From positions 7,119-71,118 of the forward strand of contig CACZJZ010000018.1 in assembly GCA_902781655.1 (NCBI GenBank): DNA of 64,000 bases, given 5' to 3'. Under the pieces are notes generated by a model. That model was given only the letters and a program-made list of their open reading frames with translations. It ran no database searches and had not been told where the DNA came from. Made by a program: the position numbers and the translations under genes. Each line of letters starts with the position of its first letter. Position 1 is the stretch's first letter. Positions 32,451 through 40,990 of the stretch are shown piece by piece. This DNA is from an uncultured Lachnospiraceae bacterium (GTDB lineage Bacteria; Bacillota; Clostridia; Lachnospirales; Lachnospiraceae).

Positions 32451-33959
32451 CTACAGGTCACTCTCGCTCATATGTGCGACGATAGCCCACGGCGGGATTT
32501 TGCTGTCTGCGATGTTGTCGCCGCCGTCGAGGAGAATGAAAGCGGCAGGGTAGGCCGGCGGCCTCCCGGGATAGGTGCCGTTGCCGTCGGTGAAATAGAT
32601 CATGCCCTTGAGATTCGTGAAGACACGGTCTGCGATCAGGCGGTCCACATACTCGAAGACCGGGCGGAAGTCCGTCCCGCCGAAGCCGGACAGCTCGATG
32701 GTGTTCATATATCGGTCAAAATCCGCGTCGCAGGTGACGACGGTGTCCTCCTGCACCTTTGCATCGCACTGGATGATGTGGATGTTGACGGTCTCAAAGA
32801 AATCGTTCGAACTCTTCAGGATGGAATAGGTTTTTCGGAGAAACCGCTCTACCACGGCGCCCTGGCAGGAGCCGGAGGTGTCGAGCGCAATGACAAATTC
32901 GCGAATACGGTCGGTCTCGCGATATTCAAGCGGTTCGATGAGCGGCATGCGGTCGTAATGCTCCATACCGTAGGTGTAGTAGATGTAATCGAAGGAATCC
33001 TGATCGATGTGCATCTCTTCGCCGAGAACCTTGAACTTTTTCAGAAATTCGGAGTAATTGAAGCGGTCCCGGAGGGCAGCGGACAGATTCACCTTCACGG
33101 CGCCAAAATTACTGTCGGGATCGGAAGTATAAGCGCGCAGATCGGTCTGTGCGAGATCTGAAATCTCGCTCCAGTCATTCCGGCGTCGGCCGAGCAGTCC
33201 CTCTTCGGCCTCCTCGGTGGCATTTTCGTCCTGATCGGCCTCATGACACCCGAGATCGCCGATCATATTTGTGCCGCGGTGCGTGGAGGACTGATTCAGG
33301 GCGGAGGCGGGGTCCTTTTCTCTGCCGCGGAACCAGAGTCTGTGATCGTCGATAGTAAAAAGCTCCGCCTTTGCCGCGATCTCACCGAACCGCTGCGGGT
33401 TGCGGATGAGCCAGCGGTAGATTCGGAATACTGTCAGGGAGTGCACCTCCCGCTGAAAATCGGAAAGGAACAGGTGCAGATCACTGTCTGTGGAAAGGGC
33501 CGCGCCGGGAAGATTCAGGCCCAGAATCGAATTCTCCACAGCAATATCGGAAGCTACGTCCCAGAAAATCAGATTTCGGTTCCGCTCTCCGGCATCGAAC
33601 GGATGCTGGTAGAGGTAGTGCAGAATGCAGTGAAGAAAGGCCCTGGCTGGATAATTGCGGTCTTCCCGGGCACGCCGGATGAGAAAACGGTCGTTGTACC
33701 AGAAGGTGTCGCCGTTCGCACCGAAGGACTCGGTGAAATCACCGCCCACCAGCGGCATCCGAAAGAAAGCGCGGGATAGGAAGGGGAGAGAGAGCATGAT
33801 CCGGTCCCGCCCGTACGCCATCAGCGCTCCAGCCAGCGAGGAGAGACGACTGTCATCCGTCTGCTTCAAAATACTGGTTTCCGGTGCGGACGACTCCGTC
33901 TGCGCGGCACTTTCCGGCTGATAATCCGGATGAAATTTTGCAAAAAGGGAAATTGGCAT
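32451..33959 (-). CDS. DUF2201-like N-domain plus vWA-like domain protein
   Basis: LHCILHYLYQH, WDVASDIAVE, IALDTSGSC (MIDAS-like), GGTDFRPVF, YFTDG. Confidence 0.8.
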   Translation of the reverse strand: MPISLFAKFHPDYQPESAAQTESSAPETSILKQTDDSRLSSLAGALMAYGRDRIMLSLPFLSRAFFRMPLVGGDFTESFGANGDTFWYNDRFLIRRAREDRNYPARAFLHCILHYLYQHPFDAGERNRNLIFWDVASDIAVENSILGLNLPGAALSTDSDLHLFLSDFQREVHSLTVFRIYRWLIRNPQRFGEIAAKAELFTIDDHRLWFRGREKDPASALNQSSTHRGTNMIGDLGCHEADQDENATEEAEEGLLGRRRNDWSEISDLAQTDLRAYTSDPDSNFGAVKVNLSAALRDRFNYSEFLKKFKVLGEEMHIDQDSFDYIYYTYGMEHYDRMPLIEPLEYRETDRIREFVIALDTSGSCQGAVVERFLRKTYSILKSSNDFFETVNIHIIQCDAKVQEDTVVTCDADFDRYMNTIELSGFGGTDFRPVFEYVDRLIADRVFTNLKGMIYFTDGNGTYPGRPPAYPAAFILLDGGDNIADSKIPPWAIVAHMSESDL

Positions 33960-34065
33960 AATTAACTATCGATGAGAGGAGAAAAAAGGTGTCTTCATAT
34001 TCTTGCCTGGATATCAGAAAAAGCGGCATGGGGATATGCCCCATGCCGCTTTCAGCATCCGCAGG

Positions 34066-35490
34066 TCAAACAGAGGCAGAAGCGGACTTCTTGTCCTTCT
34101 TCCAGCTGTCGAGATCCATGTGACCGGCATCCCAGAGCTTATCTGCCACGGGAGCCCAATCCTTCGCATACTCGTCGCATTTTGCCGTCAGATGCTCGAC
34201 AGACTCCGGAGAAGCCATATCTGTGGACGGAGCACCTGTCTCCTTGATGATACCGCGCAGCTTGTCCGGGTTCTCAAGCATCGGGCACGGACGGAGGTAA
34301 TTGTCATTGAACGGCTGTCCCGCCTGATATGCCTTGAACAGCGGCTGCTGCAGGCACTCGATGAGGCTCTTCTCCTTGATGTTGGCCTGGCTGTAATGAA
34401 TGAAGACGCAGGGTTCCACATCGCCGTTCGGGTTGATGTGGCAGTAGTACTTGCCGCCGGCGATACAGCCGTGCACCATTTCGCCATCGTTCTGGAAATC
34501 AATGGCAAAGATCGGAAGACCGGTCTTGTAGCCGCGGATTTCGCGGACTCTGTGATACATATATTCGCGCTGCTCCGGATTCAGAAGAAGCGCAGTGGAG
34601 GCCTCGTTTCCGACCGGCATATAGTGGAAGTACCAGGTGAAATACACACCCTTGTCGATCAGCATCTGCAGGAACTCGTCGCTGGTGACGGTCTTGTAGT
34701 TGACCGAGGTGTAGCAGATGGAGGTGGCAATCGGCAGGTGATGCTCGCGCAGGATATCCATGGCATGCATGACCTTGTCGAAGCAGCCATCGCCGCGGCG
34801 GCTGTCATTTGTCTCGGCAAACCCCTCGACGGAGATGGAGGGGATCAGGTTGCCGACCCGAAGCATGTCCTCAGCGAACTGATCGTCGATCAGCGTGCCG
34901 TTGGTGAATATCATGAAATAGGAGGTGTTGTGCTTCTCGCAGAGCTTGAAAACATCTGCCTTGCGGGTGGTCGGCTCGCCGCCGGTCATGACCCATGCAT
35001 GAATGCCGAGCTCCTCGCCCTGCGTGATGACGGAATCGAGCTGCTCATAGGTCAGGCTCTTGGTGTGGCCGTACTCTGCTGCCCAGCATCCAGTGCAGTG
35101 CATATTGCAGGCGGAGGTGGGATCGATCAGAATGACCCACGGAATGGAGACGCCATACTTCTTTGAATTCTTCTGCACCTGCTTGAATCCGGAGAAACCG
35201 GCTTCAAATCCCAGATTGAGCAGCTGCGTTTTCAGAATCTTCGGATCGATGTTGTCCAGAATCTTGTTTGTGAACTGCATGTACTTGGAATTGGGATCGC
35301 GAAAGACATTGCGGAGATTATCGTAGGCGGTCGGACTCCAGGTATCTCCGTTGAACTTCTGGACCAGATCAACGATTTTGATCATATTGGCCGCACGGTC
35401 TTTATTGACGTTCTTGATGGCAGCATCCAGAACGACGCTCAGTGCCTTGCGCTCTGCAAGATGTGCTGCATTTGCTACTGCATTTGCCAT
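34066..35490 (-). CDS. Radical SAM protein with SPASM/twitch-like C-terminus
   Basis: CNMHCTGC, TGGEP, CIAGGKYY...NGDVEPC. Confidence 0.88.
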   Translation of the reverse strand: MANAVANAAHLAERKALSVVLDAAIKNVNKDRAANMIKIVDLVQKFNGDTWSPTAYDNLRNVFRDPNSKYMQFTNKILDNIDPKILKTQLLNLGFEAGFSGFKQVQKNSKKYGVSIPWVILIDPTSACNMHCTGCWAAEYGHTKSLTYEQLDSVITQGEELGIHAWVMTGGEPTTRKADVFKLCEKHNTSYFMIFTNGTLIDDQFAEDMLRVGNLIPSISVEGFAETNDSRRGDGCFDKVMHAMDILREHHLPIATSICYTSVNYKTVTSDEFLQMLIDKGVYFTWYFHYMPVGNEASTALLLNPEQREYMYHRVREIRGYKTGLPIFAIDFQNDGEMVHGCIAGGKYYCHINPNGDVEPCVFIHYSQANIKEKSLIECLQQPLFKAYQAGQPFNDNYLRPCPMLENPDKLRGIIKETGAPSTDMASPESVEHLTAKCDEYAKDWAPVADKLWDAGHMDLDSWKKDKKSASASV

Positions 35491-35687
35491 GACTTCATAC
35501 CTCTTTTCCCTGCATTCTTAGGCCTATATCTGACCCCATTTATACGTAATTTACCATCCGGGGAAAATGACTGCAAGGGACAGAATAGAGGGGTTGGGTA
35601 AAGATGACTGAACGTCAGAAAAGCAAAATCCGGACGCGCGCAGGCCGGACCGGAATGACCGGCACGCATCGGGACAGAAGGCAACCA

Positions 35688-35767
35688 TGCGGCTTACAGG
35701 ACTTGAACCTGCACCCTCTCGGAATAGAACCTAAATCTATCGTGTCTGCCAATTCCACCAAAGCCGC
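35688..35767 (-). tRNA. tRNA-Leu(TAG)
   Basis: Reverse complement GCGGCTT...ATAGA-TT-TAG-GT-TCTAT...GTTCAAGTC...AAGCCGCA. Upstream TTGCCT-17-TATAAT on the minus strand (35797-35825). Confidence 0.92.
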
Positions 35768-35836
35768 CTGCGGCAGGGATTTCTGCCAACTGTTTTATTA
35801 TAGCGGATCGGCCGTGGGCAGGCAACAAAAAAGTGG

Positions 35837-35865
35837 TTGACACCCGGAGCAGGCTCCTCTATAAT
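35837..35865 (+). promoter_or_regulatory. Consensus sigma-70 promoter of the tRNA cluster
   Basis: TTGACA-17 nt-TATAAT. Confidence 0.9.
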
Positions 35866-35895
35866 ACAGAATGCGTCGCGGAAATGAGAACCAAG

Positions 35896-35969
35896 CGAGG
35901 TGTGGCTCAGTCTGGTAGAGCGCCTGGTTTGGGACCAGGATGTCGCAGGTTCGAATCCTGTCACCTCGA
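35896..35969 (+). tRNA. tRNA-Pro(TGG)
   Basis: CGAGGTG/CACCTCG stem; CCTGG-TT-TGG-GA-CCAGG. Confidence 0.95.
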
Positions 35970-36030
35970 TTTCGCGTAGGAAATTCACAAAAGAGCGTTC
36001 CTCAGCGAGAGCGCCCGGTCATGTATTTAT

Positions 36031-36101
36031 GCGGGTGTAGTTCAATGGTAGAACACTAGCCTTCCAAGCTAGATACGTGGGTTCGATTCCCATCACCCGC
36101 T
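36031..36101 (+). tRNA. tRNA-Gly(TCC)
   Basis: GCGGGTG/CACCCGC stem; CTAGC-CT-TCC-AA-GCTAG. Confidence 0.95.
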
Positions 36102-36106
36102 CTTTT

Positions 36107-36180
<74 letters not shown>

Positions 36181-36203
36181 CGAGCCGTAAGGCCCACACA
36201 TAT

Positions 36204-36278
36204 GGTGGGTGTGGCGCAGTTGGTTAGCGCGCCAGATTGTGGTTCTGGAGATCGTGGGTTCGAGTCCCACTACCCACC
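36204..36278 (+). tRNA. tRNA-His(GTG)
   Basis: CCAGA-TT-GTG-GT-TCTGG anticodon arm. Confidence 0.93.
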
Positions 36279-36365
36279 CTTGTCTCGGTAAGGTTCCGAA
36301 AGGTTCTTTCGGAACCTTTTTCCGGAGAAAGAGCTCCGGTTGCAGCCCGGTGCTTATATTTGCAA

Positions 36366-36438
36366 TGGGCTATAGCCAAGGGGCTAAGGCATGAGATTTT
36401 GATTCTCACATTCGCCGGTTCGAATCCGGCTAGCCCAG
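36366..36438 (+). tRNA. tRNA-Gln(TTG)
   Basis: TGGGCTA/TAGCCCA stem; TGAGA-TT-TTG-AT-TCTCA. Confidence 0.93.
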
Positions 36439-36441
36439 CAT

Positions 36442-36514
36442 GGGGCATTAGCTCAGTCGGTAGAGCACTTGACTTTTAATCAAGTTGTCGCGGGTTCGAT
36501 TCCCGCATGCCTCA
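36442..36514 (+). tRNA. tRNA-Lys(TTT)
   Basis: CTTGA-CT-TTT-AA-TCAAG anticodon arm. Confidence 0.95.
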
Positions 36515-36524
36515 GTTTTCAAAG

Positions 36525-36567
36525 AATCCCGTAAGTGCGCGAGAACCGCGTGTTTACGGGATTTTTT
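36525..36567 (+). terminator. Long hairpin/terminator after tRNA-Lys
   Basis: AATCCCGTAA...TTACGGGATT outer stem, inner GCGCG/CGCGT, T-run. Confidence 0.6.
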
Positions 36568-36692
36568 GCGTCTCACGAGTGAAACTGTAGTACCAAAAAT
36601 TGGACGATTTTCCGACATTTTGGAATAAAAGTTGACACGAAACTTGGCACGAATTGTCATGAAGAGGCTGACTTTTCAAAAAACTTGTTCAT

Positions 36693-36724
36693 GAAGCCCC
36701 TCGCAGAGGGGCTGGTATTGAAAT
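36693..36724 (+). CRISPR. Solitary CRISPR-like repeat, copy 1 (type I-C architecture)
   Basis: GAAGCCCCTCGCAGAGGGGCTGGTATTGAAAT: 32 nt, hairpin at positions 4-20, 3' end ATTGAAAT. No cas genes in the window. Confidence 0.55.
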
Positions 36725-37164
36725 CTTGAAGCGTTTAACACAAAGGGTGCGCTGAAAGTCCGCTCTGCCCTGCTCAGATACACCGCGGAGAAATACCAGG
36801 GAGACGAGCTTATCCGGAGCGTGGAGAAATATCAGGATGCCTATACCGCAGTGGAAAAGACGAAAACGGTAAGTGCTGCCATGGGCGAGATGATGAATGA
36901 CGCCATGTCCGGCATTTTCTCATCGAAGGAAGGCATTCATGATCTTTCAGAATGGCTGAATAAAAAGCAGGGCGTAAAGGAACAGAAATCAGTTCTCGGA
37001 ACGCTGGCGGACCATTTCAGGGGAATAGAGACCGCCATGCGTAATCTGCTCAACAGGGGCACTCTGACTTCATCCGGGCGCCATGCTGCCATGATCGCAG
37101 AGAAGAATGCATCGAAGATCCGGAAGATGATTCTGGACGAGATGGATGTGGCAATCGAAAATGC
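36693..37164 (+). repeat. 472-bp direct repeat (repeat unit plus constant coding block C1), copy 1; copy 2 at 40926-41397
   Basis: Manual alignment gives about 17 substitutions, mostly at third codon positions. Confidence 0.95.
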
Positions 37165-38012
37165 GCAGAATGCGTCGCTGGATGAGAACGCGAAGAGTTC
37201 TGCAGCATATTCAGTCGGCGATTATGTTTTCGGACAAAAATCCTATACGTATGATGCAAAGAACAATGAGTTTGTATCGGATGATGGCCGGATTATCCCA
37301 GTGGCGGACAAAATTTTCTCTGTTAGCGATATAAAGAATGCAGAATACATTGTTCGTGAATTAGTTGCTGATCGAAAAGGTCCGCATATCGAGGAGATTT
37401 TCTAAAAAATATACCCACAACGGATTTATGAAATACGCGCCAGCAAAAGATAAGTCTGTCAAGATGAACATGTCTGCTGATGTGACCGACCTTATCGAGA
37501 ATGCAACCGGACTACGGCATGAACCTGATAAGAATGGGAAACATGGTGTATTCGCTGGAAGAGGATGGAATTATTATGACGCAGATATTGCTGTAAAGTT
37601 CAGAAACGAGTATCAGATATTCCGATCGGAGCTGCAAATAGCGTTATGTTTATGATATAAAGAATCCAAAAAAATCTCATCATGGGGTGCGGCTACTTCG
37701 GAAAATCCTTCTGCCTCACTGACTGGGAAGCCAGCTTTACGCCCCATGAGAGATTTATCTGCTAATAGTGTAGTGCAAGAAAGCAATGAAGTCAATGCAA
37801 AGCAGGATTATCAGGAGATCGAGGATAGTGTTCCGGATGTCAAACGCTTCTCCATCGATGTAGACCATACGGTCCAGCAGACGAAAGACCTGATTGCTGT
37901 TCACAACCTCAATGAGGAGAACCTGCGGTTTTCTATCAATATCAGCGATGCTGAAAAGAAGCAGATTTTTTTGCTACAAAAAATGGAAATGAGATAATTA
38001 TTTATATCGGCC
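36725..38012 (+). pseudogene. Cassette 1: polyvalent-protein fragment (C1 + frameshifted LPD3/BECR-like domain + J)
   Basis: ORF pieces 36821-37405, 37365-37655 and 37746-37997. DLIENAT...KH...GWNYYD and YVYDIK motifs are split across frames. Confidence 0.7.
37872..37969 (+). repeat. 98-bp identical repeat (junction block J); second copy at 42194-42291
   Basis: GTCCAGCAGACGAAAGACC...GAAGCAGATTTT. Its 5' half also matches 39069 onward and its 3' half resembles 40418-40441. Confidence 0.95.
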
Positions 38013-38224
38013 ACGCTGGCGGACCATTTCAGGGGAATAGAGACCGCCATGCGTAATCTGCTCAACAGGGGAACTCTGACTTCATCCGGGCGCCATGCTG
38101 CCATGATCGCGGAGAAGAATGCATCGAAGATCCGTAAGATGATTCTGGACGAGATGGATACTGCTATTGAGAATGCGCAGAATGCGAAGGTCGATGAGAA
38201 CGCGAAGAGCTCGGCGGCATATTC
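38013..38224 (+). repeat. Partial third copy of C1 (matches 37001-37212)
   Basis: ACGCTGGCGGACCATTTCAGGGG...GCATATTC. Confidence 0.93.
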
Positions 38225-40925
38225 TCTCACAAATAAGGACGATTATGCGATCTTCCTTTATCAGAATAATGATGAACAGAAGAGAGACGAGAGGCTAAGA
38301 GATACAAGTATAAAAATAGAAAATGCGAATAATGAAAACTATTCACAGCTTACTAAAGGTCAACTTTCGTCTATCGTGAATGCAAGATCGTTAAAAGAGA
38401 TTGAGAATATTTTCAAAAATTACTGCGGGAAAATAAAAATATGGGGAACGCAGTTCCGCTCTCCTGAACTCGATTTTGAATATGGATTTTCTGTCGGCGC
38501 ATTGCATGAAAGCGTACACAAGCAATCATTAATTAAAACTGGTAGTGAGGAAAATAACAAATTTTTAGCTCTTGCCAAAGCGATTGCGTCTGCAAATAGT
38601 ATCACAAGCAACGCAAAGTTACTTGAGATGCATACGGACCAGGATTATGCGAAAAGCATTGAGCCGAATCACAAAGTAAATTCTAATATTAAATATACTT
38701 ACGAGCTTATTTCCGGCTATATAGATGGGGAAAATATAGTTCCAGTAAAGATTACAGTTAAGGAATATTTAGAAAGAGCGAATACACCAAATATGATGTA
38801 TGTCCTTGAATCATTACCTGCAATAAATAAGGACAGCATCACTATGAAGGCCATCCCTGACATGAATCAGGGAAGACGCGACACTCCGCTGTCCGATAAC
38901 TATAGTTTAGCAGACATTCTTAGCGTTATCAAGAATAGCGCAGCTGATGACGAACGGCTTGATAAGGCAGTCGGCAGATATATTCCCGATCAGTTTGCCA
39001 ATACAACAAAATCATTAACTGAGAATATCCCGACTAAAGCAAAGTTGTCCATTGATGTAGACCAGCCTGTCCAGCAGACGGAAGACCTGATTGCTGTTCA
39101 CAACCTTGACGAGGAGAAACTGCTTGCCGACATCAACGAGCTTGGCGGCTTCCCTGCTCCATCCATTGCTATCATCCGGCAGGGGATGGAACACAATGGA
39201 TATGGGGATATTTCAGTTCTGTTCGAGAAGGACACGATCGACCCGGAACGCAGCAAGTACAACCATGTGTATGGTGGGGATGCGTGGACACCTACATTCC
39301 CGTCCGTTGAGTACGACATCAATAACGATGTTTTTTATAAGGCCAGAGAGAAATTCAAAGCTCTTAAGGGCAGAATCCTGTCTTATCTTTATGAGGAGGC
39401 GCTGCGGGTCAACAATAACGGAACAGGAAACGTCGAATATTCTGGTATGGATAGCTTTGTTCAGAAGATGGAGCAGAACTACGGAATCCGTGCTGCATAT
39501 GTCGCTTCAAAGGGCATTCAAATTGATGACAATGCGAAGCGGACGGAAGTTGGCAAATATGATGATAGCGAAGTAAAGGCGTTCGAGGCAGAGCGCAATA
39601 CCCTGAGTCATATCGGCGTTACGGGCGAAGAGCTTCGCGAAATGCCGGTTAATCAAGTAAAACAGGAATACGGGGATCTTAGACTCCAGGCATATCAGGA
39701 TAGGGCCAATACCATGGACAAGAAGAAAGCGGAACGGTTCATGGAGAAAGCAAAATCCAATTATGATGGCCCGGTCTTCGTGTTCAGAAACATGGTGGAT
39801 AGCATTGCCAATGCGTTGGATTATTACAAAAATGGAAATCCGACGCATACAGAATATGAACGCGATGAGAATGCTATCCGGGAGAAAATTGATTCGAATA
39901 TCAATGAGAAGGACCTTGAAAGCTGGATCAGGGACACCTATGAGGGCCTTGTTGGGAATAAAGGTATCTCTAATGGGGTGGACCCGTATACTCCATCCGG
40001 TAACCGGAGGGGCTTCCGTGCAACACATTATGCATTCATTCTTGATAATGTTGTCCGCGCTATGAGAGAACAGCAGGCCGAAAAAGGAGCTAACGCGTTT
40101 GCTGAAACCGGATTTACTGCTGTATCTACGAAGGATTTCAAGAATATCGATGATATTCACGCAAATGAAGATCCGATACAGAGCCTTTCGGAAGAGGAAT
40201 ATAAGAGCCTGCGAAAGAACATAGACGACAAGGTAGATGAAATTGCAAACTTGAGGCAAAGCCGATGCGGGCCGTCGGTCTGGAAGAAATTGCGGACGTA
40301 ATTGCTCCGGATACTGTCTCTGACGAACTGAAGCAGGCACTTGAGAGCAATAACATTCCGTATGAACTGTACAAGGCAGGAGACAACGCAGACCGTACAC
40401 TGAAGATGAATGCGCATGAAAATCTGCGGTTCTCAATCAATGTTGATAATGAAGGAAACCAGCTGAGCCATGACCAGAAGAACTATTTCAAGAATTCAAA
40501 AGTCCGTGATGATGAAGGAAATCTTCTTGTTATGTATCATGGTACTCCGCAGGGCGGCTTCACAAAGTTCCGTAACGGTCTCACTTATTATTTCACAAGT
40601 AACCCAGAATATGCACAGGAGTATGAAGGAAAGAATCCCCAGCGCGGACAGCAGAGCAATCCTCAGATTTATAAGGTATATCTGAATATTACTCATCCGT
40701 TTGATACCAGAAATGCTGCTGACCGGAAACTGTTCATAAATCAGTATGCGAAGGGAGGATATGCCCTTGGCATTGACCCATACAGCGGCGAGACAGGACT
40801 TTCAGAGAATGGACTTCCGGATTGGAATGAAGCAGATAACATTTATGATTTCCTTGAAGAAAATGACCTGCTCGATAAGTATGATGGTATGGTCATTGAT
40901 GAGGCAGGAAGCGCACGAGGCTCAG
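38013..40925 (+). pseudogene. Cassette 2: polyvalent-protein fragment (partial C1 + LPD3-like domain + LIAVHNL domain + truncated ART-like domain)
   Basis: ORFs 38049-40301 and 40265-40954, with a frame change at about 40250. Motifs LHESVHK...VPVKITVKEY; LIAVHNL...GGFPAPSIA...DAWTPTFP; YHGT...YYFT...VYLNITHP. Confidence 0.72.
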
Positions 40926-40957
40926 GAAGCCCCTCGCAGAGGGGCTGGTATTGAAAT
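40926..40957 (+). CRISPR. Solitary CRISPR-like repeat, copy 2 (identical 32-mer)
   Basis: Same 32 nt as 36693-36724, 4233 bp downstream. Confidence 0.55.
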
Positions 40958-40990
40958 CTTGAAGCGTTAAATACAAAGGGCGCGCTGAAA

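Noticed and set aside
36283-36330. Hairpin between tRNA-His and tRNA-Gln as a novel RNA
   Set aside because: A simple stem followed by a T-run; consistent with a spacer terminator or processing stem.
36657-36696. TCATGAAG repeated at 32-nt spacing, the first followed by AGGCTG, as a collapsed extra repeat
   Set aside because: The match is only 8 nt plus a partial. It cannot be distinguished from chance without homologous loci.
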